Source: a virus (Duplodnaviria > Caudoviricetes). Taken from it: 34,255 nt of DNA. Under the pieces are notes generated by a model that was given only the letters and a program-made list of their open reading frames with translations, had not been told where the DNA came from and ran no database searches. Shown here one piece after another: positions 1 through 8,319 of the stretch. The stretch is taken from the IMG/VR virus record IMGVR_UViG_3300038316_000053, positions 1 to 34,255 of that record. One strand, written 5' to 3'. A program made the position numbers and the translations under genes. Position 1 is the stretch's first letter; each line of letters starts with the position of its first letter.

Positions 1-35
1 TGTACATTTTTTCTCACGCCAAGAAAGGAGGAGCC

Positions 36-1259
36 ATGAAAGGGATAGAATATTTACGAAAAAAGCTTAATAAACATGAAAAAAGAGTCAATCTTCGGTA
101 TAAGCAATACGATATGAAATATCAAGATTCAGATGTCGGTATAACAATACCCCATGAAATACGTAATAGGTATAAGGCGATTTTGGGCTGGTGTGCCAAA
201 GGAGTAGACGCTCTAGCAGATAGATTAGTGTTCAGAGAGTTTGAAAATGATAACTTTGAAGTAAATGAAATTTTCAATATGAATAATCCTGATACATTCT
301 TTGATTCTGCGGTATTGTCCGCTCTGGTTGCTAGCTGCTGTTTTGTTTATATCTCTAAAGGCGAAGGTGATATTCCTAGGTTACAAGTTATCGAAGCAAG
401 CAATGCGACCGGAGTAATAGATCCTATCACAGGACTACTCACAGAAGGTTATGCTGCACTTGAAAGAGACGAGCAAGGAAAACCAAGCCTTGAAGCTCAT
501 TTCATTGCAGGTAGAACAGATTATTATGCAGATGGAAAGCCAAGCTATAGTATAAAAAACAAAATAACTTATCCGCTGTTAGTACCAATAATCCATAGGC
601 CAGATGCAGTAAGGCCCTTTGGTAGGTCTAGAATTACTAGAGCTGGAATGTACTATCAGAAATACGCTAAAAGGACATTAGAAAGAGCAGATATAACAGC
701 AGAGTTTTATTCGTTCCCGCAAAAGTATGTTACTGGAATAAGCCAAGATGCAGAGCCATTGGAAACATGGAAAGCTACCATATCATCTATGCTTCAATTC
801 ACCAAAGACGAAGAAGGAGATGCTCCAAAATTAGGACAGTTCACCACTCCTTCAATGTCGCCGTTTACCGAACAATTAAGGACGGCAGCAGCAGGATTTG
901 CAGGAGAAACTGGTTTAACATTAGATGATCTAGGATTTGTAAGTGACAACCCTTCGAGTGTAGAAGCTATAAAAGCATCGCATGAAAACCTAAGGCTTGC
1001 AGGAAAGAAAGCTCAAAGATGTATTGGTAGCGGGCTATTGAATGTTGGATATTTAGCAGCATGCTTAAGAGATGATTTTCCATATCTAAGAAGTCAATTT
1101 TATGAAACTAAAGCAAAATGGGAACCACTATTTGAAGCAGATGCATCTACCCTCTCTCTAGTTGGCGATGGAGCAATTAAAATTAATCAAGCCATACCTG
1201 GTTATATAGATGGTGGCACTTTGAGGGATTTAACAGGAGTTAAAGGAGCTGGCGAGTAA
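36..1259 (+). CDS. Phage portal protein (r1t/SPP1 gp6-like)
   Basis: 407 aa; SD AAGGAGG upstream; motifs GWCAKGVDALADRL, RPFGRSRI and EFYSFPQKY are typical of this portal family; first gene after the putative cos. Confidence 0.9.
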   Translation: MKGIEYLRKKLNKHEKRVNLRYKQYDMKYQDSDVGITIPHEIRNRYKAILGWCAKGVDALADRLVFREFENDNFEVNEIFNMNNPDTFFDSAVLSALVASCCFVYISKGEGDIPRLQVIEASNATGVIDPITGLLTEGYAALERDEQGKPSLEAHFIAGRTDYYADGKPSYSIKNKITYPLLVPIIHRPDAVRPFGRSRITRAGMYYQKYAKRTLERADITAEFYSFPQKYVTGISQDAEPLETWKATISSMLQFTKDEEGDAPKLGQFTTPSMSPFTEQLRTAAAGFAGETGLTLDDLGFVSDNPSSVEAIKASHENLRLAGKKAQRCIGSGLLNVGYLAACLRDDFPYLRSQFYETKAKWEPLFEADASTLSLVGDGAIKINQAIPGYIDGGTLRDLTGVKGAGE

Positions 1260-2125
1260 TGGAAAAAGACATTGTACCAGCTCTTTTAGAATTAATAGAA
1301 AGTGAATTTGATGATAAAGCTTACAATAACACAGTATTAAAGAAAGCTATACAAGCATTGAGCGATAAAAAGGCAACCTACGAAGATGCAAATGAGTTTG
1401 CTATTGAAATTGGAGAGATTCTAGCACAGGTTTTAAATACTCATATCACTGTAGAAACTCTACCAAATGGACAAATATATTTTAATATCGCTGACAGAAT
1501 AATGAATAGTACAATGCAAAGGAATTATGACTTGATAACTGGATATGCAATAGATGTGCAAACAGAATTAAATTACTCAGCTGGATTAAAGCTAAAAGGG
1601 AAAAAGTCGGCACTAAATCAAAGCAGAATAGACGGCATAGTAGAAAGGCTTAGTACAGCAGAGGAATTTGAAGAAATCAAATGGATTCTTGATGAACCAA
1701 TTAAGAACTTCAGCCAAAGCATTGTTGACGATATGGTAAGAACCAATGCAGAATTTCAAGCAAAGGCAGGGTTAGACCCAAAGATTGTAAGAAGACCTGA
1801 TAGGGATCCTTGTGACTGGTGTAAAAACTTGGTTGGAGAATACGACTACAACGAGGTTAGCGACCAAGGTAATGATGTATTTAGAAGGCATGATTACTGT
1901 AGATGTACTGTAACATTTGAACCTAGAAGGGGTAACTCAACTAGTGTACACAGTGGAACTGGAGGTAGTCGGAAATATGTTAAAGACAAATATGGAGGAT
2001 ATGAACTATCAAAGAAGGCTCGCATCAAGCGTTCGCAGGAAATGGCAAAGACTGAAAAAGCGAGAAGGGATGCAGCAAGAAAGAAAAGAATAGATACATG
2101 GGCACGAAAAACAGGCGTCAAGTAA
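1259..2125 (+). CDS. Minor head/head morphogenesis protein (Mu gpF/SPP1 gp7-like)
   Basis: Coupled to the portal (TAATG overlap); CDWC...RRHDYCRC motif; basic C-terminus. Confidence 0.75.
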   Translation: MEKDIVPALLELIESEFDDKAYNNTVLKKAIQALSDKKATYEDANEFAIEIGEILAQVLNTHITVETLPNGQIYFNIADRIMNSTMQRNYDLITGYAIDVQTELNYSAGLKLKGKKSALNQSRIDGIVERLSTAEEFEEIKWILDEPIKNFSQSIVDDMVRTNAEFQAKAGLDPKIVRRPDRDPCDWCKNLVGEYDYNEVSDQGNDVFRRHDYCRCTVTFEPRRGNSTSVHSGTGGSRKYVKDKYGGYELSKKARIKRSQEMAKTEKARRDAARKKRIDTWARKTGVK

Positions 2126-2149
2126 AAAAAGGTATCAGAAAAAGGTCTT

Positions 2150-2177
2150 AAGCACTTACTAAATAATAAGTGCTTTT
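2150..2177 (+). terminator. Hairpin/putative intrinsic terminator overlapping a TATAAT -10 box
   Basis: AAGCACTTA-N8-TAAGTGCTT followed by TT; TATAAT at 2177-2182. Confidence 0.5.
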
Positions 2178-2204
2178 ATAATGCTAAAAATTAAGGAGGA
2201 GAGC

Positions 2205-2564
2205 ATGGGAAAATTAAATACTATTCAAAAAAGAGAGAAATTAAATGATGTAATAGCATTAGGTGAAAAGGGAAATGGTGGGGCATATCACAACTATTCA
2301 GTAGAGATTGGGCATGATGGTAATTATCATGTGTCTATACCATTCCAAGATGGAGCAAGAAACTTAGAAGGTAGTAGAAGTGGCGTATTGGATACAGATT
2401 TACTAGAAATAGTTAGACATAGACTTCAAAGTTTCCAAAAAGGCGAATTTGCAACTAGAGAAAATGCAATAGCATTAACACACATAGAAGAAGCGTTGCT
2501 ATGGATGAATAAAAGAGTTGAAGACAGAATTGAAAGGAATGTATTAGGCACTATGAATAAATAA
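2205..2564 (+). CDS. tad1: Tad1-family (Acb2/Tad1) cyclic-nucleotide signal sponge, anti-Thoeris/CBASS
   Basis: Likely start ATG 2205 after AAGGAGG; blocks [14 protein letters not shown], FQxGAR, [16 protein letters not shown], [32 protein letters not shown] closely match C. botulinum prophage Tad1 as I recall it. Confidence 0.88.
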   Translation: MGKLNTIQKREKLNDVIALGEKGNGGAYHNYSVEIGHDGNYHVSIPFQDGARNLEGSRSGVLDTDLLEIVRHRLQSFQKGEFATRENAIALTHIEEALLWMNKRVEDRIERNVLGTMNK

Positions 2565-2630
2565 CAGGAGGTGATCTAATATCTCCCAGGGATAGGGTTA
2601 CCATCCATGACGATTGAAAGGGGATAGAGA

Positions 2631-4037
2631 ATGACTACTAAAGCAAGACTTGGTGATCAAAATCCTACTCAATCGGTAATTTTAGAATACAAAGAAGAGG
2701 AAAGTCTATATCGAAAAGCGATTGAAATTTACGAAAAATCCAAAAGAACAGCCCAAGAATGGCAAGTTAATTTAACTAAGCATATCTACGCAGTTAATGA
2801 GGATGGACTATGGACCCACACGAAATTTGGCTATTCTCTACCTAGGCGTAATGGCAAAAACGAAGTTGTAGTAATTCGTGAGATGCAAGGATTACAAGAT
2901 GGGGAGCAAATACTCCACACCGCACATAGAACAACTACATCACATACCGCGTGGGAAAGGCTTTGCCGGTTACTAGATCAAGCAGGAATTAAATACGAAT
3001 CACTAAGAGCCACAGGCAGAGAAAGAGTGGAGATTCCAGAAACAGGTGGAAGGGTAGAGTTTAGGACTAGGACGTCTACAGGTGGATTAGGAGAAGGATT
3101 TGATTTACTTGTAATAGATGAGGCGCAAGAATACACTGCAGACCAAGAATCTGCATTAAAATACGTCGTAACGGACTCCAAAAACCCTCAAACAATATTT
3201 TGTGGAACTCCCCCAACTCCTTTAAGTGCCGGGACAGTATTTGTCGCATACAGAAATAGCACATTAAGTGGCAAAGGAGAGAATGCTGGATGGGCAGAGT
3301 GGGGAATAGAAGATGAAGTAAAGGATATTAGAGATATAGAATTATGGTACCGGTGCAACCCGTCACTAGGAACTATCTTTACAGAGCGTTCAATCCGTGA
3401 TGAAATTGGTGAAGATGAACTTGACTTTATGATCCAACGTTTAGGGCTGTGGATTAAGTATAATCAAAAGTCAGCGATCTCCGAAAATGAATGGAAAGAA
3501 TTAAAGGTTAAGGGGAAGCCGGTATTAAAAGGTCCTTTATTCGTTGGAATAAAATATGGGAATGATGGAGCTAACGTGGCCATGAGCATAGCCGTCAGGA
3601 CTCTGTCAAATAAAATATTTATTGAATCCATAGACTGTAAATCTATTAGAAATGGCAATGGGTGGATTGTAGGTTTTTTAAAAAGTGCAGATGTAGCGAA
3701 AGTCGTAGTTGATGGAGCCGCTGGACAAAGCATATTATCAAAGGAAATGAAGGATTTTGGATTAAAAGAACCTACTCTACCAACAGTAAAAGAAATTATT
3801 GTAGCCAATTCACTCTGGGAACAAGGAATTTACAAACAGAGCATTTGCCACAACGACCAACCATCACTAACGCAAGTGGTAACTAACTGCGACAAGAGAA
3901 ACATAGGAAGCAATGGAGGGTTTGGGTATAAATCGCAATTTGAAGATATGGACATTAGCTTAATGGACTCATGTTTGTTGGCCCATTGGGCTTGCAGCGA
4001 AACTAAAACAAAGAAGAAACAAAAAATAAGGTACTAA
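2631..4037 (+). CDS. terL: Terminase large subunit
   Basis: Walker A PRRNGKN, Walker B LLVIDEAQ, coupling motif GTPP, C-terminal nuclease domain. Confidence 0.95.
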   Translation: MTTKARLGDQNPTQSVILEYKEEESLYRKAIEIYEKSKRTAQEWQVNLTKHIYAVNEDGLWTHTKFGYSLPRRNGKNEVVVIREMQGLQDGEQILHTAHRTTTSHTAWERLCRLLDQAGIKYESLRATGRERVEIPETGGRVEFRTRTSTGGLGEGFDLLVIDEAQEYTADQESALKYVVTDSKNPQTIFCGTPPTPLSAGTVFVAYRNSTLSGKGENAGWAEWGIEDEVKDIRDIELWYRCNPSLGTIFTERSIRDEIGEDELDFMIQRLGLWIKYNQKSAISENEWKELKVKGKPVLKGPLFVGIKYGNDGANVAMSIAVRTLSNKIFIESIDCKSIRNGNGWIVGFLKSADVAKVVVDGAAGQSILSKEMKDFGLKEPTLPTVKEIIVANSLWEQGIYKQSICHNDQPSLTQVVTNCDKRNIGSNGGFGYKSQFEDMDISLMDSCLLAHWACSETKTKKKQKIRY

Positions 4038-4071
4038 GCGACTTCTTCTATTTAGAAATGGTTGCTTTTTT
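4036..4071 (+). terminator. Rho-independent terminator after terL
   Basis: AAGCGACT...TTCTA-TT-TAGAA...GGTTGCTT stem followed by a T run. Confidence 0.65.
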
Positions 4072-4123
4072 AATATAAAAAATTACCGATACCGCCGGGA
4101 AAGCGGGAGAAAGGGAGAAACAA

Positions 4124-4594
4124 ATGGAATTTAAAGCAATTACAACGCAAGAGGAATTTGACAAGGCAATACAGGAAAGATTGAATAGGCAAAAAGAAAG
4201 TATCGAAAAACAATACGCAGATTATGCGGAGATCAAAGCAAGAAATACAGAGTTAGAAACAGAAGTAGGGACGCTTAAAACCACTTTATCCGAAACCACA
4301 AAGAAAACTGAAAACTATGATAAGGATATTGCTGATTTAAATGCTAAAATTGCAGGCTATGAAACTGCAAACATGAGAACAAGAATTGCATTGCAGCATG
4401 GGTTACCTTATGATTTTTCAAGCCGACTCGTTGGAGAAGATGAAGAAAGCATTATAGCAGATGCTAAGAAATTGGCAGAGCTTGTTAAACAAAAAGAACC
4501 TATAGCACCATTAAAAGATGTCGAACCACCAATTAGGGATACTAATAATCCTTATAAAGAGTTTATAAAAAATATTAAATTAAAGGGAGAATAA
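4124..4594 (+). CDS. Capsid scaffolding protein (DUF4355-like)
   Basis: TQEEFDKAIQERLNR N-terminal motif, coiled coil, position before the major capsid gene. Confidence 0.85.
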   Translation: MEFKAITTQEEFDKAIQERLNRQKESIEKQYADYAEIKARNTELETEVGTLKTTLSETTKKTENYDKDIADLNAKIAGYETANMRTRIALQHGLPYDFSSRLVGEDEESIIADAKKLAELVKQKEPIAPLKDVEPPIRDTNNPYKEFIKNIKLKGE

Positions 4595-4598
4595 AAAA

Positions 4599-5495
4599 AT
4601 GGCATTAGAAAAACAAGGCTTATTTTCAGAAAGAATAGTTACAGACATAATAAATGCAGTAAAAGGAAAGAGTTCGTTAGCCGTACTATCTAAACAAATA
4701 CCTATCCCATTCAATGGATTGAAGGAATTTATCTTTACAATGGATAATGAGATAGACATAGTTGCAGAAAGTGGTAAAAAGTCACATGGAGGAATCTCTT
4801 TAGAACCAGTTACCATAGTACCAATAAAAGTTGAATATGGTGCAAGGGTAAGTGATGAATTTTTCTATGCGTCAGATGAGGAAGGTTTGGCAAGTATTTT
4901 AGAATCATTTGTAGATGGTTATGCAAAGAAACTTGCTAAGGGGTTAGACCTAATGGCTTTCCATGGAATTAATCCAAGAACAGGAACAGCGTCAACGGTA
5001 ATTGGTAATAAAAATTTTGACGATTTAGTTACACAAAAAATAGATTACGACTCAACAAACCCAGACATGAATATAGAAGCGGCAGTGGCTGCAATTCAAG
5101 GCTCAGATGGAATTGTAAATGGGCTCGTGATGGATACAAGTTTTGCAGGAGCACTTGCAAATATGAGAACCGCTGATGGAAACAATGTAAGATTATTCCC
5201 AGAGTTGGCATGGGGAGCAAATCCAGGAACACTAAATGGTTTAAAAACAGAAATCAATGGGACGATTTCAGCGGCGGGCAGTAAAGACAAGGCAATTCTA
5301 GGTGATTTCCAAAACATGTTTAAGTGGGGGTATGCTAAGCAAGTGCCATTTAAAGTTATTGACTCTGGAGATCCAGACGGAACAGGTAAAGACTTGAATA
5401 ACTACAACCAGGTATACCTACGTTCAGAAACCTATCTTGGATGGGGTATTCTAGATGCAAGTAGCTTTGCAAGAATTGTTGAACCGGCTATATAA
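4599..5495 (+). CDS. Major capsid protein (HK97 fold)
   Basis: 298 aa; PIKVEYGARVSDEF, HGINPRTG and NQVYLRSETYLGWGI are typical of r1t-like capsids. Confidence 0.92.
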   Translation: MALEKQGLFSERIVTDIINAVKGKSSLAVLSKQIPIPFNGLKEFIFTMDNEIDIVAESGKKSHGGISLEPVTIVPIKVEYGARVSDEFFYASDEEGLASILESFVDGYAKKLAKGLDLMAFHGINPRTGTASTVIGNKNFDDLVTQKIDYDSTNPDMNIEAAVAAIQGSDGIVNGLVMDTSFAGALANMRTADGNNVRLFPELAWGANPGTLNGLKTEINGTISAAGSKDKAILGDFQNMFKWGYAKQVPFKVIDSGDPDGTGKDLNNYNQVYLRSETYLGWGILDASSFARIVEPAI

Positions 5496-5507
5496 GGAGG
5501 ATAAACA

Positions 5508-5789
5508 ATGAAATATAAAAACACTAAAACAGGGGCTATCATTGATAGCTCCTGCAAAATTTCTGGAGGAGATTGGATTGAGTACGTAAGAACAGAAATA
5601 GGAAAAGAAGTGGCAGATGAAGTCTCTGATGAAAACGAAGTAGAAGAACAAATAGAAGAGCAAATAGAAGAGAGTGCAATCGATGGCGTAACTAAAAAAC
5701 AGATTATGCAAGAACTTGATGCAATGGGAATTAAATATGATCCAAAAGCAAGGAAAGAAGTTTTATATAACATTATGCTTGGAAAGTAG
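5508..5789 (+). CDS. Small head-associated protein with acidic linker and C-terminal HeH/LEM-like domain
   Basis: SD AAGGAGG; C-terminal TKKQIMQELDAMGIKYDPKARKEVL. Confidence 0.6.
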   Translation: MKYKNTKTGAIIDSSCKISGGDWIEYVRTEIGKEVADEVSDENEVEEQIEEQIEESAIDGVTKKQIMQELDAMGIKYDPKARKEVLYNIMLGK

Positions 5790-5797
5790 GTGGCTAA

Positions 5798-6193
5798 ATG
5801 ACAACATTTGCAACCTTAGAAGATTTAGAGAATTTGTGGCGCGAATTAAAACCTGTTGAGTTAAATAGGGCAACGCCCTTACTCGAAGTAGTTTCTGATT
5901 CATTGAGAGAAGAAGCAAAAAAGGTAGGTAAAAACTTAGATGAAATGGTAAATGATAGCCGCTCTTATGCGAATGTAGTTAAATCCGTAACGGTGGATAT
6001 CGTAGCCAGAATGTTAATGACCTCCACAGACCAAGAGCCAATGACGCAAACAACAGAAAACGCATTAGGGTATTCCTGGAGTGGTTCGTTTTTAGTTCCT
6101 GGTGGAGGGTTGTTTATTAAGAAATCTGAACTTGCAAGATTAGGGCTAAAGAAACAACGTTATGGGGTGATTAATTTCTATGGCCAGGATTAA
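5798..6193 (+). CDS. Head-tail connector (Gp19/Gp15/Gp42 family)
   Basis: FATLEDL...WR and GGLFIKKSELARLGL motifs; synteny. Confidence 0.8.
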   Translation: MTTFATLEDLENLWRELKPVELNRATPLLEVVSDSLREEAKKVGKNLDEMVNDSRSYANVVKSVTVDIVARMLMTSTDQEPMTQTTENALGYSWSGSFLVPGGGLFIKKSELARLGLKKQRYGVINFYGQD

Positions 6194-6518
6194 AGGAATA
6201 ACAGTTACCTTAATTAAGAAAAAAGAAGTTGGGAGAGATCCATTTAACGCCCCCAAATATGAAGATGTGGAAGTTAAAGTTGAAAATGTACTAGTAAGCC
6301 CCACATCAACTGACGACATTGTGAATCAGCTGAATATAACTGGCAAAAAGGCGGTTTATACTCTAGCAATTCCCAAAGGCGATACCCACGTTTGGGAGAA
6401 TCAAGAAGTTAGATTCTTTGGAAAACGTTGGAGAGTATTTGGAATGGAATTACAAGGCATTGAAGATTTAATTCCACTCGACTGGAATAAGAAAGTGATG
6501 GTGGAGCGATATGAGTAA
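6180..6518 (+). CDS. Head closure/stopper protein
   Basis: GxDPFN...V.NVLV.P motif; synteny. Confidence 0.7.
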   Translation: MARIKGITVTLIKKKEVGRDPFNAPKYEDVEVKVENVLVSPTSTDDIVNQLNITGKKAVYTLAIPKGDTHVWENQEVRFFGKRWRVFGMELQGIEDLIPLDWNKKVMVERYE

Positions 6519-6747
6519 ATTAAAGTTTAAATTAAATCGTAAGGGCGTTTCCGAACTGATGAAATCAGATCAAATGCAAAGCGTATTGAAAGAATATGCG
6601 ACGAATATTAAAAACAGATGTGGAGATGGATATAGCCAGGACGGCAAGGTAGGAAAAAACAGAGCCAATGCCATGGTATGGGCGGACACTTACCAAGCAA
6701 AAGCCGATAACCTGAGAAACAATACCATTTTAAAGTCGGTGAAATAA
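6511..6747 (+). CDS. Neck/tail completion protein (HK97 gp10-like)
   Basis: FKLNRKGVSELMKS...NTILKSV; synteny. Confidence 0.65.
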   Translation: MSKLKFKLNRKGVSELMKSDQMQSVLKEYATNIKNRCGDGYSQDGKVGKNRANAMVWADTYQAKADNLRNNTILKSVK

Positions 6748-7083
6748 ATGATAGAGAAAATAATTAAAGATCATTTAGATAGCAAATTAGAGGAACAGGT
6801 ATTTCTTGAAAAACCTAGTCCTAGTTATGGGCAATATGTTGTTTTTGAAAAGACAAGCAGTAGTAAAAACAATTATTTGCCATCGGCTACATTTGCATTC
6901 CAAAGTTATGCAAAAAGTTTATATAAAGCAGCTGAATTAAATGAAAGAGTGAAAAAAGCAGTGGAAAGCATGATTGAACTTGATGAAATTAGAGGAGTTA
7001 AGCTTAACAGTGATTACAATTTTACAGATACAACAACGAAAGAATATCGCTACCAAGCAGTATTCGATATTAAATATTATTAG
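6748..7083 (+). CDS. Tail terminator protein
   Basis: FAFQSYA and C-terminal YRYQAVFDI; directly before the tail tube gene. Confidence 0.75.
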   Translation: MIEKIIKDHLDSKLEEQVFLEKPSPSYGQYVVFEKTSSSKNNYLPSATFAFQSYAKSLYKAAELNERVKKAVESMIELDEIRGVKLNSDYNFTDTTTKEYRYQAVFDIKYY

Positions 7084-7094
7084 GAGGTAAAAAT

Positions 7095-7661
7095 ATGAGT
7101 GGTGTAGATAATGTTTCAACCGCAAAACCAAGGATAGGCGGAGCAGTACATTCGGCGCCTTTAGGAACAACGCTACCAACAGACGCAACAACCGCACTAA
7201 ATGCAACATTTAAAAGCTTAGGCTACATATCAGAGGATGGAATGACTAATGCGAATTCCCCAGAATCTGAAAAAATAAAAGCCTGGGGTGGAGATACTGT
7301 AGGAGTAGTCCAAACAGGGAAAGAGGATACATTTAGCTATACTTTGATTGAAGCAACAAATGTTGATGTCTTAAAAGAAGTGTATGGGCAAGAAAATGTA
7401 ACAGGTGATCTAGAAACAGGCATAACAATCAAAGCAAACTCAAAAGATTTAGAAGAGCATGCTTTGGTTATAGATATGGTGCTAAAAGGTGGAGTTTTAA
7501 AAAGAATCGTTATTCCTAATGGCAAAGTTTCTGAAATTGGAGAAATTTCCTATGTTGATGCAGATGCAATTGGATACGAAACAACAATTGATGCAGTGTC
7601 AGATGAAGCAGGAAATACGCATTATGAGTACATCAAAAAACCTGCTACACCATTACCGTAA
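7095..7661 (+). CDS. Major tail (tube) protein
   Basis: [11 protein letters not shown]...LGYISEDG...IKAWGG motif. Confidence 0.9.
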   Translation: MSGVDNVSTAKPRIGGAVHSAPLGTTLPTDATTALNATFKSLGYISEDGMTNANSPESEKIKAWGGDTVGVVQTGKEDTFSYTLIEATNVDVLKEVYGQENVTGDLETGITIKANSKDLEEHALVIDMVLKGGVLKRIVIPNGKVSEIGEISYVDADAIGYETTIDAVSDEAGNTHYEYIKKPATPLP

Positions 7662-7675
7662 GGAGGTAACTATGT

Positions 7676-7939
7676 ATGATAGAAGGCAAAACGAAGTCAG
7701 GTTTTAAATACGAAATATATAAAGCGAGACTTGAAAACTATGAGTTGATTGAATCCCTAAGCGAAGTTGATGAAAACCCATTACTATTACCTAAAACAGT
7801 AAATCTATTACTAGGAAAAGAACAGGCAAATAAACTTAAAGAACATCTAAGGGATGATGAAGGGTTAGTATCAACGGAAAAACTAACAAATGAAATAATG
7901 GATATATTCCAAAACCAAGCAGAAACAAAAAACTCCTAA
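7676..7939 (+). CDS. Tail assembly chaperone (gpG-like)
   Basis: Lies between the major tail and TMP genes; ends in slippery ACA AAA AAC TCC TAA. Confidence 0.8.
   Translation: MIEGKTKSGFKYEIYKARLENYELIESLSEVDENPLLLPKTVNLLLGKEQANKLKEHLRDDEGLVSTEKLTNEIMDIFQNQAETKNS
7927..7933 (+). other. -1 programmed ribosomal frameshift slippery site A AAA AAC
   Basis: The -1 frame reads KLLILAG-MIRLDED, in frame with the 7951-8319 ORF. Confidence 0.85.
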
Positions 7940-7950
7940 TCCTTGCTGGA

Positions 7951-8319
7951 ATGATCAGGCTAGACGAGGACGCATTAATTTGCGACCTTGCAGAGACATA
8001 TAACATTTACGATTACGAACAGCTACCTCCCTCGAAGGTGGCTGTTTTTGCGTGTGGATTAAGAAGCGACTCTAGAATAAAAATGAAGGCTAGTGGACAG
8101 CTGGTACCGATAGACACTTTACTACTAGCTGGAATATCTGATCGATTAAGTGCTTTGGTATGGTTCAAAACAGAAGACGGACAAAAAGGAAAAAACAGGC
8201 CTACAATGCTAGTTGATTTTCTAACAGGCAAAACAAAAGAAAAAGACGTAATCGCATTTAATTCTGGTGAGGATTTTGAAAAAAAATGGAACGAATTAAT
8301 AAAGGTTGGAGGTGAGTAA
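7951..8319 (+). CDS. Tail assembly chaperone C-terminal part (gpT-like, DUF5361-like), probably made as a frameshift fusion
   Basis: No good SD; in the -1 frame of the upstream gene; DEDALICDLAETY motif. Confidence 0.75.
   Translation: MIRLDEDALICDLAETYNIYDYEQLPPSKVAVFACGLRSDSRIKMKASGQLVPIDTLLLAGISDRLSALVWFKTEDGQKGKNRPTMLVDFLTGKTKEKDVIAFNSGEDFEKKWNELIKVGGE

Noticed and set aside
5637-5672. Short 12-bp tandem repeat encoding EEQI EEQI EE
   Set aside because: It is a low-complexity linker expansion within a coding region.
7650-7661. Possible +1 frameshift extension at the end of the major tail gene
   Set aside because: The gene ends CCG TAA rather than CCC TAA, and no Ig-like domain follows.
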